Source of the DNA: a virus
Strand: one strand, 5' to 3'
IMG/VR virus record: IMGVR_UViG_3300009551_000003
Location: 54,696 to 118,695 of that record
DNA length: 64,000 bases
This document shows positions 16,971-27,658 of this stretch, piece by piece. The position numbers and the translations under genes were made by a program. Under the pieces are notes generated by a model. It was not told the origin of the DNA. It did no database searches and was given only the letters and a program-made list of their open reading frames with translations. Position 1 is the first letter of the stretch; every line of letters begins with the position of its first letter.

Positions 16971-19286
16971 ATGGCTGAGCTTGATCCACTCGTAGCAAAA
17001 ATTCTCCTCAAGGGAGACGACGAATTTCTCAAATCTTTGGAGAACGTCGGCGCGAAAGGCGCTGAGCAAATTGCAAAGCTTGCGGAGGCGGCCGAGCAAG
17101 GCGCTAGTCGTCTTTCAATTCTCGGCGGCGCTGTAGGTATCCTTGAAGTAGCGATCTCCGGCATCACCGCTGCCATGGTCGTATTTATCGAGCAGCAAAC
17201 GGAACTATCCCAGAAAACTCAGTTGCTCGCTAACGCATTCGGCACCACCGCCGGACAGCTTCAAGAGTTGGAGGCAATCTTCACGTCGTCCGGGGTCAAG
17301 GTCGAGCAGTTCGAACGGTTTGCAAACCGGCTCACGATCACGATCGCTCGCGAGTGGCCCGCTATTGCCGAGAGCATCAAGACTTACGCGAATGAGAATG
17401 ACTCCGCGACGTTGCGGGTGCAGAATGCTATCTTGCGCGTTCGTGATGCGCAGAACGCGCTAGCTGATAACTCGGCGGAGAGGTCAGCGCGTTCGGCAAA
17501 GGACAATGACGCTCTCGAACAGTCGTGGATCAAGCTAAAATTCGCTGCCCAGAATGCAGCGTCCGAACAGAAGGGCGCGCTTCTGAGCGTGCAGTCGGCA
17601 GCGCTCGGAGTGTTGTCGGCCGAGCAACGTCTCGCCGAACTACAGGGCAACCCGCCTTCGGCAGCCGCGAAACAGGGCCTCGCTATCCAGCAAGCACAAT
17701 TGGCAGTCGATCAGGCACGCAAGGCAGCGGCCGACGCTGTTATCGCGCAACAAGAGAAGGCCGCTAGTGCTGCGCTCAAGAAGGCGCAAGCCGAACAGGC
17801 ATATGATGACCTCGCTCGCAAAGCCGCCAAGAATGCGCGCGACGACGCAGAGCAACGTCAGAAAGACGAGAATAGCGTCAAGGAAGCTATCATTGCGCGT
17901 GGTGAGGCAGAAGAGAAAGCCGCTAAGTTTGCATTGACCAACATTGGGAGTGTTAAACAAGCGCTCGACGGGGTCGCCAATAATAACAAATCGGCAGCTA
18001 CAGCAATCGATCTTACTGCGGTATCCGTTGAGAACCTGACAAAGGGAATCATCGCGCAGGCTAAAGAGCAGGCCAAAGGTGTCTCTCCGACAGGATATGA
18101 GACCCTGCGGACAATTTCCAATCTGCTTGCGAAAGATACTGATCATCTGATCAATAATCAGCAACGGTTGGCGATCGTCAATAAGCTCGCCGGAACTTCG
18201 ATGCAAGCTCTCGGTGTGTCGGCGTCCGAAATCCTTGACGTTATCGAGAACGACAGCAAGGCGATCGAAGGTCTGAAAGACAAGATCAGTGGCCTCGATA
18301 AGAACGTCCCACCTCCGGCCATCAAAGAATTTCGTGGCGCACTGGCAGGCCTTAACCTTGAGATCAGTCAGTTGTCGCAGGCGTTCGCTGCGGCGGTAGC
18401 TCCGGTCTTCACTGAGTTTTTGAAGGCCATGTTGGCAAGCCTCAAGGACAGCGATGGTGTCCTGCATATTTTCATTGAAGGCCTGAAGGCTTTCGGAACC
18501 GCCATCAAGGGCATCATCATCGTTATCGGGCAGATGAAAGAAGCGCTCGCGGAGATGCTGGGGCAAGTTGACAAGGCTTTCAGTCTTGAGAAGGGGACTA
18601 CGTTCAAGCTTCTCGTTATAGCCATCGCGACAGCTATCGGTTACATCGCTCCGGCACTCGTCGCGATCCCAGTCCTGATCGGGCTGATCATTACCGCGAT
18701 GGGCAGCCTGTCCGAACTAACTAAAAAGGCTTTCGAATCGCTCAAAGATAATTCAGTTACGCGATTCTGGGAGCGGCTGCTGGACGTTATTGCCAAGGTC
18801 AAGAACCTGATTAGCGGAAACGGATGGAAAGGTGCAGATACCGGCAGCAGTGGTGATACGCCGCACGGTTCGCGTGACAATTCCAGCGGACAGGATGATC
18901 CGCTAGGCGTCGGTACGCGCGGATATGCCGGCGGCGGTCTTGTCAGGGGTCCCGGCACGCCGACAAGCGACAGTGTCCCTATTCGGGCATCGCGTGACGA
19001 GTATGTTACGAACGCGAAAGCAGTCGCGCATTACGGCGTGGACTTCTTCCATGCCTTGAACAACATGACGATCCCCGGGTTCGCAGCCGGCGGCCTTGTC
19101 GGTGTTCCCACTCGCATGGGCGGAAGCACTGGCCCAGTACAGGCTTCTCGCACACTTAATCTCACGATCGACGGTCGCACATTCAGTGGCTTCCGTGGGC
19201 CGGCGAATGTTGTGGACAGCCTCGCCAGCTACGCCGTCGCTCGCCAGACCTCTTCCACAGGTCGTCAGCCTTCGTGGGTTAAGTGA
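16971..19286 (+). CDS. tape measure protein
   Basis: 771-aa Ala-rich helical protein with hydrophobic segments and C-terminal YAGGGLVRGPGTPTSDSVP..EYV motif. Confidence 0.9.
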   Translation: MAELDPLVAKILLKGDDEFLKSLENVGAKGAEQIAKLAEAAEQGASRLSILGGAVGILEVAISGITAAMVVFIEQQTELSQKTQLLANAFGTTAGQLQELEAIFTSSGVKVEQFERFANRLTITIAREWPAIAESIKTYANENDSATLRVQNAILRVRDAQNALADNSAERSARSAKDNDALEQSWIKLKFAAQNAASEQKGALLSVQSAALGVLSAEQRLAELQGNPPSAAAKQGLAIQQAQLAVDQARKAAADAVIAQQEKAASAALKKAQAEQAYDDLARKAAKNARDDAEQRQKDENSVKEAIIARGEAEEKAAKFALTNIGSVKQALDGVANNNKSAATAIDLTAVSVENLTKGIIAQAKEQAKGVSPTGYETLRTISNLLAKDTDHLINNQQRLAIVNKLAGTSMQALGVSASEILDVIENDSKAIEGLKDKISGLDKNVPPPAIKEFRGALAGLNLEISQLSQAFAAAVAPVFTEFLKAMLASLKDSDGVLHIFIEGLKAFGTAIKGIIIVIGQMKEALAEMLGQVDKAFSLEKGTTFKLLVIAIATAIGYIAPALVAIPVLIGLIITAMGSLSELTKKAFESLKDNSVTRFWERLLDVIAKVKNLISGNGWKGADTGSSGDTPHGSRDNSSGQDDPLGVGTRGYAGGGLVRGPGTPTSDSVPIRASRDEYVTNAKAVAHYGVDFFHALNNMTIPGFAAGGLVGVPTRMGGSTGPVQASRTLNLTIDGRTFSGFRGPANVVDSLASYAVARQTSSTGRQPSWVK

Positions 19287-19287
19287 G

Positions 19288-19884
19288 ATGAAAGATAAAC
19301 TCGGCCACGGCAGTAATCCGAGAGGTGTGACGCAGGGCATCAACGGGAGCCATTTGCCGGTATGGTATCATGGTTCGCCAACCGGCAAGCCACATTCAAA
19401 AGGTCCAATTCATCTAGGCACGCTAAGAGCCGCGAGAGAGGCTCTTGAATCGCGCATCGGAATCCCCGCAGATGGAAAAGGCTGGCGAGGAAAATCGGAG
19501 TACGGGAAGACTTTGCTAGCTGGACAGGACACCATGAATGAATTTGCGAAACCCGGGCATTACTACACCCCGAGTGTCCAGACTGGATTCAACGCCGATG
19601 CTCCGGACAAAAATTATTATCCAGAACCGGGCGCCGCCCACTTTAGCGATGGCTCTCCTGTCCCGATGAACGCAAAGCCTGACGTTCGCATGTATGAGAT
19701 CACCGGAGCGATGGGTAATAGCCCGTCCACCGCCTATTCCGACACAAAAGCAAATGCACTCGCCAAGGCACAAGTGACCCGAGGTCGCGGTGTTCATGGC
19801 TTCTACTATGAAAACGATGGAGAAGACGCGGGCTCGATCTCCGCCGTAGTGCCAAGTGCCAAGCACCTCAAAGGGCCGGTCTAA
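19288..19884 (+). CDS. ADP-ribosyltransferase-like protein (H-class, polyvalent-protein type)
   Basis: WYHGS...IHLGT..AA...YYENDGEDAGSISAVV; short MKDKLGHGS leader; ATG 1 nt after the tape measure stop. Confidence 0.55.
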   Translation: MKDKLGHGSNPRGVTQGINGSHLPVWYHGSPTGKPHSKGPIHLGTLRAAREALESRIGIPADGKGWRGKSEYGKTLLAGQDTMNEFAKPGHYYTPSVQTGFNADAPDKNYYPEPGAAHFSDGSPVPMNAKPDVRMYEITGAMGNSPSTAYSDTKANALAKAQVTRGRGVHGFYYENDGEDAGSISAVVPSAKHLKGPV

Positions 19885-20357
19885 TGACGTTCTCTCCGCC
19901 ACTCGAAAACGTGCTGCCTGCCGGCGCGGATACCGTGTTGACGATCTCCGGATTCGGCAACATGATCTATCAGGCGCGCAAACTCAATCAGACGCTTGAG
20001 CCGATCGCCGCCGCATCCCAACTTGAGCGAACGATCTCCGGCAAATATATTGACGTGTCGGCTCCGCAGTTTCAGAAGTATCAAACGAAGATCGTTATCA
20101 CTGACGAGGTTGACGCTCCTCCGCTCGACGGCATCTTCCCCGGTATGGAAGTGACTATCCACTGTGCAGTGGAGTTCTGCTATCCGATCGGCCGCGTCGG
20201 CTCTCCCCGGCGCCCTGTAGTGTCCGGCTCCGACTACACTCAGAACGGCTACAATTTTTATCGGCCGTCGCTCCTCATGCTGATCAAGGATGTGCAAGAG
20301 AACCTTGACGAATGGGGCCGTCGAGTCGGATGGACACTAGACGCCGAAGAAGTATGA
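19884..20357 (+). CDS. distal tail (Dit-like) protein
   Basis: AR.L.QTLEPI, LERTISG..ID.S.PQFQKY, VGWTLDAEEV; synteny. Confidence 0.7.
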   Translation: MTFSPPLENVLPAGADTVLTISGFGNMIYQARKLNQTLEPIAAASQLERTISGKYIDVSAPQFQKYQTKIVITDEVDAPPLDGIFPGMEVTIHCAVEFCYPIGRVGSPRRPVVSGSDYTQNGYNFYRPSLLMLIKDVQENLDEWGRRVGWTLDAEEV

Positions 20358-20358
20358 T

Positions 20359-22920
20359 ATGACTCTCCCGTTCTATTTCTATTGGGCACAAGAAAACCAA
20401 ACGACGTTCGACCCTTCCATCATGGAAGTTCTCGACGAGGACATTGTCTCGTTCAAAATCAACCACGAGGAGGGACAAGTCCCGACCTTCGATATCACGA
20501 TTCGGAATCCTCGTGTCGGCCTCCTCGCGCCGGGCCGCAGACAGTGGGTATGGTTTGCGTGGGACAACAATGGCACGACCGTCCCGCTGTTCTTCGGAGT
20601 GCTCGTCGGCATCCCTACCAATATGTTCAAGGAATTGGTGACGCTGCAATTCATCGCGCGCAGCCACACCTTCATCGCCGACAAGCAAGCGGTCGCCGAA
20701 ACCATGAAGGTTACGCCGTACTTCGATCCGATCTGGCTCGATCAGCGGCACCGCGATGATCCGGATTCGATCCTCGAAGGTTGGTCCGCGCTCTGGCACA
20801 TCGATCGCACGACACTCGCTATCAGCGCCTCGGATATCCTTGTGGGCGAGGATGGCACAGTAGACTTCTTCGAGGACGACGCGTTCTACGACAGCGTGGC
20901 GATGGAGATCGGTCAACCTCCGCTTGTCAATCTTCGTATCCAAGCATCGGTCAATTGGACTCAACGGACGTCAGGGTTCTTTGACGTGCCGACTGTCAAC
21001 GTCACGAGTTATACCGGCGACACTTTCATGGGCGATTGGCCGAAGCCCGGCGCTGGTATCGGCGGCGGCTACAAGGTAGAGAGTAGCTTCGTTACTGACA
21101 TCTTCCATGTGGGCCAGACGCCGACCACCAACTTCCAATCGTCGTGGACTAACACTGATCCTAATCCGGGTCAGTGCTCCAACGCGTCGGCCTCCTCGCA
21201 GTCATCCGGTCCCGCGCTGCTCTCGCCTAACCCGCTATCATGTATTCTAACAGAGTATCTTCAGACCGGCATTTGTTTCCCGGACAGTGATCCTCCCGAG
21301 AACCGGCCGGCTCAGGTTTCTGTCACTGGCATGATCGTGCCGTGTTGGTTCGTCACGGGCGATATGACGATCCGGTATGACATGAGCCGGGCGTATTCCG
21401 AATTGCTTTCGTTCGACATGATCGCGAACGTACAGGGCATCCTCGCGTCGCCAACCGTCGATCAGGATACTGAGTTGATCACCATCCAGTCGGTCGATCT
21501 CGGCAAGCCGCTGATCAACGTGAAGGCGTGGACTGATTTTGCCAACAGCAGCGTCAGCGTCCCGCAGATCATCTTTCCGAACAACCCGACGAAGCCGGGC
21601 GGTCTTGCATATCAGATTTGCGTGCAAGGCGGCACGGCTGGCGCGGTCGAACCGACCTTCAGCGACATCCCCGGCACGGTCACAGTTGACAACGGCGTGC
21701 TCTGGGCGAGTTTGGGAGATTCAGGTCTCACGGACGCGCCGCATTGGGCTCCGGGCGAGGGCGTCCCGGTCGGACAGGTCGTGCTGATCACGAATCAGGT
21801 CTTCAACGTCAACACGGGAAATCTTGAGGACGTGCCGGGCCAAACCTCGTACTATATGTGCGTCCGAGGTGGATATACAAACGGCGTCTTTGACACGTTC
21901 ACTTATGTCCCGCCGGTCACGTCGAATGACGAACCGACGCCGGCCCCGCGCACGGTCTCGATCATCAATCAACCGACGTTCTCGACGGCCGGGGGCCAGA
22001 TCATCAATGACGGCTCAGTCGAGTGGTTGGTCCTCGGCGTGAGTCCTTCAGGGTTCGGTATTCCGATCGGCGGCACACCGAGCGATGTCCGGGCCAACCA
22101 CTTTTTTGACACGGCTCGCGGCCGTATCGCCGTCGAGTATCTGCTCTGCAAAGGCCGGGCGCGGCTCCGCTATCGTTCGCGCGCCGTCACGATCAAGTGG
22201 GAGAGCCCATTCGCGCTCGTCGTCGGGATGTCGTGCCGCAAGAATGCGACATTGTTCGATCCTCGACTCCCCGGAGGCGCCGCGACTGGCAAGGTCATTG
22301 CGTACAGTCTGGAGTGCGACGGTCCGAGCGGCAAACTGAGGGGCAGCGTCAAGATCGGCGTAGCGATCGGCTTCGGCGATAGCGTCGCGGCCGTCACCGG
22401 AACGCCGGTCTATGCCAGCGCCGGCTATGCACAAGCCGGCTGGCAGGAATATGAAGGGCAGACGATCGTTCCGGCCAGCAACGATCTCAGCTACACTCCG
22501 CCCCGTTTCACGCCGTATGACGACGGATTGGTTGCGCCGCTTACATGGAAACAAGTGAGCGATGGTGGCGTTTTCAGCAACACACTTGAATTGCAAAAGG
22601 CCGCGATCATAAAATCGTTCGGGATCGCACAACAGCTTCAGTTCGCCCAGATGTGGGCCGGGAAGACTCTTTCGACTACAGACAATCCGAGCAACGTTCA
22701 ATCTGGCATCTCGCCTTCCTATGCGTGGGCGCTCGAAGAACAACAACTTGCTCTCGCATCGCAGGATACGCCCTACGTGATGGAAGCCAATTCGATTTCA
22801 TGGACCGCGCTGTTCAAGCCGTGCGCTAACAACGGACCATTCGAAGGATCGTATGTGATCATTGTATCGCCGCTCGTGATCGAGCAAGGCATCAACTTGG
22901 AAGCGCCGTCTTCCCCGTAA
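20359..22920 (+). CDS. tail tip/hub protein with inserted CBM-like modules
   Basis: 853 aa after Dit; EGWSALWHIDR, RARLRYRSRAV; two C..GG...D..V.W modules. Confidence 0.7.
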   Translation: MTLPFYFYWAQENQTTFDPSIMEVLDEDIVSFKINHEEGQVPTFDITIRNPRVGLLAPGRRQWVWFAWDNNGTTVPLFFGVLVGIPTNMFKELVTLQFIARSHTFIADKQAVAETMKVTPYFDPIWLDQRHRDDPDSILEGWSALWHIDRTTLAISASDILVGEDGTVDFFEDDAFYDSVAMEIGQPPLVNLRIQASVNWTQRTSGFFDVPTVNVTSYTGDTFMGDWPKPGAGIGGGYKVESSFVTDIFHVGQTPTTNFQSSWTNTDPNPGQCSNASASSQSSGPALLSPNPLSCILTEYLQTGICFPDSDPPENRPAQVSVTGMIVPCWFVTGDMTIRYDMSRAYSELLSFDMIANVQGILASPTVDQDTELITIQSVDLGKPLINVKAWTDFANSSVSVPQIIFPNNPTKPGGLAYQICVQGGTAGAVEPTFSDIPGTVTVDNGVLWASLGDSGLTDAPHWAPGEGVPVGQVVLITNQVFNVNTGNLEDVPGQTSYYMCVRGGYTNGVFDTFTYVPPVTSNDEPTPAPRTVSIINQPTFSTAGGQIINDGSVEWLVLGVSPSGFGIPIGGTPSDVRANHFFDTARGRIAVEYLLCKGRARLRYRSRAVTIKWESPFALVVGMSCRKNATLFDPRLPGGAATGKVIAYSLECDGPSGKLRGSVKIGVAIGFGDSVAAVTGTPVYASAGYAQAGWQEYEGQTIVPASNDLSYTPPRFTPYDDGLVAPLTWKQVSDGGVFSNTLELQKAAIIKSFGIAQQLQFAQMWAGKTLSTTDNPSNVQSGISPSYAWALEEQQLALASQDTPYVMEANSISWTALFKPCANNGPFEGSYVIIVSPLVIEQGINLEAPSSP

Positions 22921-22937
22921 GAGTGAGATAATAGAAT

Positions 22938-23174
22938 ATGGCAGGCATGGAGGGCATGATCCGACCGTTCGTCGGACAAGATGTCACCCCGACGAAAGAG
23001 TTCGTTCCGGGGGGCCAGAGCGCGCCTCCTGTTCGGCTTACCGTGGGCCTGATCGGCGGCACGAAGACGTTCTCCTATAGCGGTAGCTCAACGCTCAGCA
23101 ACTACATGGCGGCCGTCCACACTGAGAAGGCCTCCGACGCATTTGATATGTCAACTGGCAAGCTGGCGGAATAA
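22938..23174 (+). CDS. small tail protein
   Basis: MEGMIRPF N-terminus, in tail operon. Confidence 0.6.
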   Translation: MAGMEGMIRPFVGQDVTPTKEFVPGGQSAPPVRLTVGLIGGTKTFSYSGSSTLSNYMAAVHTEKASDAFDMSTGKLAE

Positions 23175-23177
23175 AAC

Positions 23178-24788
23178 ATGACCGCCTTTACGCGCAGAAC
23201 GCATATCGTCAGAGTGTCCTTGGATGCAACCCCACCGAAGCCCGGCGAGAAGCCGAGCGAGTACATGGACCTTGAAATTTTGGACGCTGTTGCATTTCGA
23301 ATTGAGCGAAACAAGGAAGTCATCCTCGATATGGATCAGACTAAGGCAGTCCCGTTCATCGTCGATGAAACAGGAGGCGACCACTCAAAGGCTTTGAGAG
23401 ATGCGACTCAGCGCACGCACATGAAACGGATCGTCAATCCCGATGACAAAGGGCAGAAGCTCGACATTGAAGTGATGGATTGCGTCGCTTACCGGGATCA
23501 ACGTGGCGAGGAGTGGATTCTCGACATGCAGCCCGGCTCTGACAAAGACGACGGCTACTTTAACATCAGCGATGGTACAGGCGATTCGACAGCAACCCGA
23601 CGCGTCCACAGTGAAATCGTTTCTTCTCCGTTCGGGAAAGCGAAAAAGGATGCCGGCAAGGACTACGTCACTGTGGTTCGCAACGACAACATCGCGTTCC
23701 GCAAGCTCCGAGGTGAAGAGGTCATCATCAGCATTCCGTCTAGTGATGACCCCAATGCCGAGAATGTGGACTTCCCGCGAGCCCTGACGTTTGTGTCCTC
23801 ACCGGATGGATACGATCCTGCGGACGACAGCGCTAATGCGGTCGAGCCGCCGCTGCTTTCGACTACGGATGACCAGCACAACTATGTCAACCCCGTTGAT
23901 GGGGCAGATGGATTCCTGACTGGAGATGCTAAAATCGCGATGGGGCCGTTTTGGTGGATCAGGAAGGTCCAGTCAGGCATCGCCTATGTTCTATTTCACT
24001 TGGTCTCTAAAGGCGCTCCTCCCGGGATCACTCTTCGCAAGGGGGAGACCACTATCACTCCTCTGTACGATCAATCAGCCAACACGGGGACGACCGACGT
24101 AACGTGGTATGTCTGGATGCCGGCGACGCCCAATGTCCAAGTCATCGATAGCGTGCACGGCGGTTTCATTTTTGTCACATACGGATCGCTGTCTCTTGAA
24201 GACTCACTGGCCGGACGATCAGTGATGGGCTACGGAGATATTCACTACGGAAATGGGGCTGATGCTCCAACCTACAATCCGAGCAATCAATTTTATAGTG
24301 CATCTGGCGTTCCTCCATCTCAGCACTCTTTCAATCCGTTCTTTGATACAGAAGCTGACGCGCAGGCCTACGCTAATTTCTTGAACGCATGGACCGCGTT
24401 CGCGGGAACGACGCCGCAGTTTACAGTCGGGGCAGTGACGGATCAACACAACCGATTTACCCGGGACGTGATCATAAAAGTAAACGGTGTCCCTTCAAGT
24501 TTGTTCGCTGATGTCACGCTAGCTGCCGATCCTAATGACCCTACCAGCACAGGATCGATTCAGGCTCAAATCTATAGCACGGACAAGTCGGCGCCCGTGC
24601 CATCGGATATCACGCCGGCTACGATAAACGAGGCTCCCTTCGTGTTCAACAGTGAGGGAATTGGTAGCGGAGTGTCCACGACATATACGGTCAACGTCAC
24701 ACGAGATACGGACACGACGGATACCGTCCCCCCGGCAAACACGGTGAGGCTCTTCATTGACGTGATACCCCCGCGACCGCCGGCCTAA
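23178..24788 (+). CDS. tail protein with three N-terminal repeats and a variable C-terminal domain
   Basis: Three T(R/Q)R.H...D.(V/I)A(F/Y)R..R..E.I(L/I) repeats. Confidence 0.65.
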   Translation: MTAFTRRTHIVRVSLDATPPKPGEKPSEYMDLEILDAVAFRIERNKEVILDMDQTKAVPFIVDETGGDHSKALRDATQRTHMKRIVNPDDKGQKLDIEVMDCVAYRDQRGEEWILDMQPGSDKDDGYFNISDGTGDSTATRRVHSEIVSSPFGKAKKDAGKDYVTVVRNDNIAFRKLRGEEVIISIPSSDDPNAENVDFPRALTFVSSPDGYDPADDSANAVEPPLLSTTDDQHNYVNPVDGADGFLTGDAKIAMGPFWWIRKVQSGIAYVLFHLVSKGAPPGITLRKGETTITPLYDQSANTGTTDVTWYVWMPATPNVQVIDSVHGGFIFVTYGSLSLEDSLAGRSVMGYGDIHYGNGADAPTYNPSNQFYSASGVPPSQHSFNPFFDTEADAQAYANFLNAWTAFAGTTPQFTVGAVTDQHNRFTRDVIIKVNGVPSSLFADVTLAADPNDPTSTGSIQAQIYSTDKSAPVPSDITPATINEAPFVFNSEGIGSGVSTTYTVNVTRDTDTTDTVPPANTVRLFIDVIPPRPPA

Positions 24789-24793
24789 CTACC

Positions 24794-24822
24794 TTGACGG
24801 CGGCCCTAAACATGGTTAATGC
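24794..24822 (+). promoter_or_regulatory. sigma70-like promoter with CtrA-like half site
   Basis: TTGACG-N17-TAATGC; ATGGTTAA (reverse TTAACCAT) at 24812-24819. Confidence 0.55.
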
Positions 24823-24846
24823 AATCGATCCCGAAGGATTCCCAAC

Positions 24847-25698
24847 ATGGTTCATCCTCTAGTATATCGCACGGACGACGTTACGCGTTGGGGCCTCGGG
24901 CAGGGCTCGGACCTCGCGGCCGTCACGATCGATCTGGATTTTTGGTATCTGTTCTCCGCGCTCGATACGCTGGAGAGCACGGTCGCGGCGAACACGACTG
25001 TCAGTATCGACTTCATCAGCACGGTAGGCAACAAGCTTTACGTCCACTTGACAAACCACGCTGTTGAGGGACCCTTCACGATTCCGGCTCTGTTCTGGGC
25101 ACCGAAGGGAAACTGGGCACCGGCCACGATCTATAATCCGCTCGACGTTGTCAGCAATGATGGTGCGCTCTATATCGTCAACGTCACGCATACGAGCGCC
25201 GGCACGTTCTCGGTTTTCGCGACGGACGGTCTCGGCCACGATCTCTATACGCTGTTGCTCGAACAGCCGATGAACGAACTGCCGCTCGGCGGCACTCCGG
25301 GCCAGCGTCTCGCCAAATCCACCAACTCACCGTATCAAACGGAATGGGTCACCGACTTCGTCAGGCTCGCGATCTTCGTCGAGGGCCAGCCTCTCCCCAA
25401 CGAAGAGGTCGCGCAATACAACGTCGTCGATCATATGTTCTTTCCGGCCGGACTTGTCGGCTCGATCGCGTACTCCGGCAGTATCACTCATTCCGCTGTC
25501 TCGTGGACGATCAACAAGAATGGCGCTCCGATCGGCACCATAGATTTCAATGGCCCCTCGCCGGCAACTGTCAACGCGACGTTCTCGACACAAGTCACGC
25601 TCGTTCCCGGCGATATCATCACAGTCATCGCTCCTGCGATTCCGGACACCGTACAGGCGAACATCTCAATCACGCTCGTCGCGAGCCTGACGCTCTAA
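24847..25698 (+). CDS. tail fibre-associated protein with CBM5/12-like module
   Basis: WAPATIYNPLDVVSNDGALYIVNVTHTS; LPLGGTPGQRLAK fibre linker. Confidence 0.65.
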   Translation: MVHPLVYRTDDVTRWGLGQGSDLAAVTIDLDFWYLFSALDTLESTVAANTTVSIDFISTVGNKLYVHLTNHAVEGPFTIPALFWAPKGNWAPATIYNPLDVVSNDGALYIVNVTHTSAGTFSVFATDGLGHDLYTLLLEQPMNELPLGGTPGQRLAKSTNSPYQTEWVTDFVRLAIFVEGQPLPNEEVAQYNVVDHMFFPAGLVGSIAYSGSITHSAVSWTINKNGAPIGTIDFNGPSPATVNATFSTQVTLVPGDIITVIAPAIPDTVQANISITLVASLTL

Positions 25699-25708
25699 AG
25701 GATATCCC

Positions 25709-27658
25709 ATGGCGTACACCGGCCAAATCGTCAACTACACTTCGTCGGCCAAATACGCGGCCGTATCCGCATGGGGCACTGCGCAAACCGTGGCGGTCGG
25801 AGCATTGCGCAAGCAGCTTACGACACCAGCTAACGGAAATGAGCGTGTGTTTGTTTGCATTGTCCCCGGCACGACGCACGCCACGACGGAGCCTGTTTGG
25901 ACCTTAAATCGCGGCGACAAGCAGCCCTCCGACAACGGCGTGATCTGGCAGGAGTGCACGGGCGTCGCGGCGGTCAATGGGGACATCGCCAATACGCCGC
26001 CTTGGCTGACGGGCGCGAAGAACGTCAGCAACTCGCTGGGCCACATCATCAAGGACGCGGCCGGCACGCATCTGTTCATTGTCACCACTGCCGGCACGGG
26101 CGGCAATGGCGCGGAGCCGACATGGAATACGGCGGCGCTCGGAAATACCACGACCGACAACACAACGACGTGGACCTACATCGGGACTTCGTTCGCCAAT
26201 TGGGCTGCCCCTCATCATCATCTCAGGAACGCGCAGCAAACTAATTGGGGCGATCCTCCGATCGTGAAGTTTTTCGTCGGACATGATCATGCCTACCTAT
26301 CTCCGACTGGCGCGAGCACTTACTCATGGACAGGACGCGGAACGCTTGGTGCGCCCGTGGACTACATCTGTGTCAGCACGGCTGGCAGCGTACCGCCAGT
26401 CTCCGCCGACTTGGCTTTGACGGGCTCAGAGGGGTGCGCGTCAGGCGGCAATAACAACATGCAAATCAGCGGGGCTATCAGAATTTGCTATGGCCTCGTA
26501 TTCAATCCAGACCGCGCTATCGTCATCAATGCGGACAATCTCGACAAGAACTTCGAAAGCTGCCAGTTCCGGCCCGGCGGCAGTTCAAATCCTATGTTCA
26601 ACTTCACTGGCAATAGCAGCTTCATCACGCTGCTGAATTGCAAACTGAAATTCGCTGCCACGAACTCGTCTATTAGTCTGGGCGGCTACATGGAGATGAT
26701 CGGAGGTAGTGTCGATAGCGCTGGCTCAGTTCCCGGGACTCTCGTCACGGGCGGTAGCGGAAATACAATTTTCACTTTCCGCGATGTCGATCTTAGTTTC
26801 TTGTCCAGTTCAACCCTTTATGACAACGGCGGCCAATCGCCTCAACATCTTCTACAATTCATCGATTGCAAGATGCCAGCGACCTATACACCGGCCGCCG
26901 GTACTGGGAGCAATTCGAAAGCCGATTTTCAGGTATATATTTCACGATGCGACAACAGCGCTACCAATTATAAATTCACGTACTCTGACCCTACCGGCCG
27001 AATCGATGCTGACTCTACCGCTGTCAGGACAGGTGGGGCAGTGGACGGAGCGCAAGCCTTTTCATGGAAGTTCGTGACTACGATCAATGCCAATGCGGGT
27101 AATAGTCCACTCCAAGCTCCCAAGATAGGTATCTGGAACCCCATTGTAGCTGGTAACGTAACTGTCACGTTGCGCGGCATCGTCAACGCGGCTGCGGTCC
27201 CGAGTGACCACGATATGTGGATGGAAGTGGACTATCACGGCTCCAGCGGTAATCCGCAGGGCACGCGCGCCAGCACGCGATTCGCTGACTACCTCGCGGC
27301 CCCGTCGAATCTTACGGCAGACAGCACGTCCACATGGGACAGCAACGCGACGGCCCGCGCTAATGGCCACGTGTACGCGGCGGGCGACATCATCAAACTC
27401 GCCAGCAACCCGGGACGAATCTTCTTTTGCACCGCTCCCGGTACGTCGGCGGGCAGCGAACCCGGCGGCTATGCGAGTGCCGTGGACGGCGGGAGCGTAA
27501 CTGATAACACTGCGACGTTCCGCGCCGGTTGCCGCTTCAGTATGGCTGTCACACTCTCCAGCCCCCAGCCGCAGATCGCCGGCAACCTGTACGTCACGCT
27601 GAAAGCTACGAAGCCGTCCACTACGACCTACGTTGATCCACAAATCATTCTGACCTGA
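25709..27658 (+). CDS. tail fibre/receptor-binding protein
   Basis: Three (C/V)...GT....EP....DN modules flanking a beta-rich core. Confidence 0.7.
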   Translation: MAYTGQIVNYTSSAKYAAVSAWGTAQTVAVGALRKQLTTPANGNERVFVCIVPGTTHATTEPVWTLNRGDKQPSDNGVIWQECTGVAAVNGDIANTPPWLTGAKNVSNSLGHIIKDAAGTHLFIVTTAGTGGNGAEPTWNTAALGNTTTDNTTTWTYIGTSFANWAAPHHHLRNAQQTNWGDPPIVKFFVGHDHAYLSPTGASTYSWTGRGTLGAPVDYICVSTAGSVPPVSADLALTGSEGCASGGNNNMQISGAIRICYGLVFNPDRAIVINADNLDKNFESCQFRPGGSSNPMFNFTGNSSFITLLNCKLKFAATNSSISLGGYMEMIGGSVDSAGSVPGTLVTGGSGNTIFTFRDVDLSFLSSSTLYDNGGQSPQHLLQFIDCKMPATYTPAAGTGSNSKADFQVYISRCDNSATNYKFTYSDPTGRIDADSTAVRTGGAVDGAQAFSWKFVTTINANAGNSPLQAPKIGIWNPIVAGNVTVTLRGIVNAAAVPSDHDMWMEVDYHGSSGNPQGTRASTRFADYLAAPSNLTADSTSTWDSNATARANGHVYAAGDIIKLASNPGRIFFCTAPGTSAGSEPGGYASAVDGGSVTDNTATFRAGCRFSMAVTLSSPQPQIAGNLYVTLKATKPSTTTYVDPQIILT

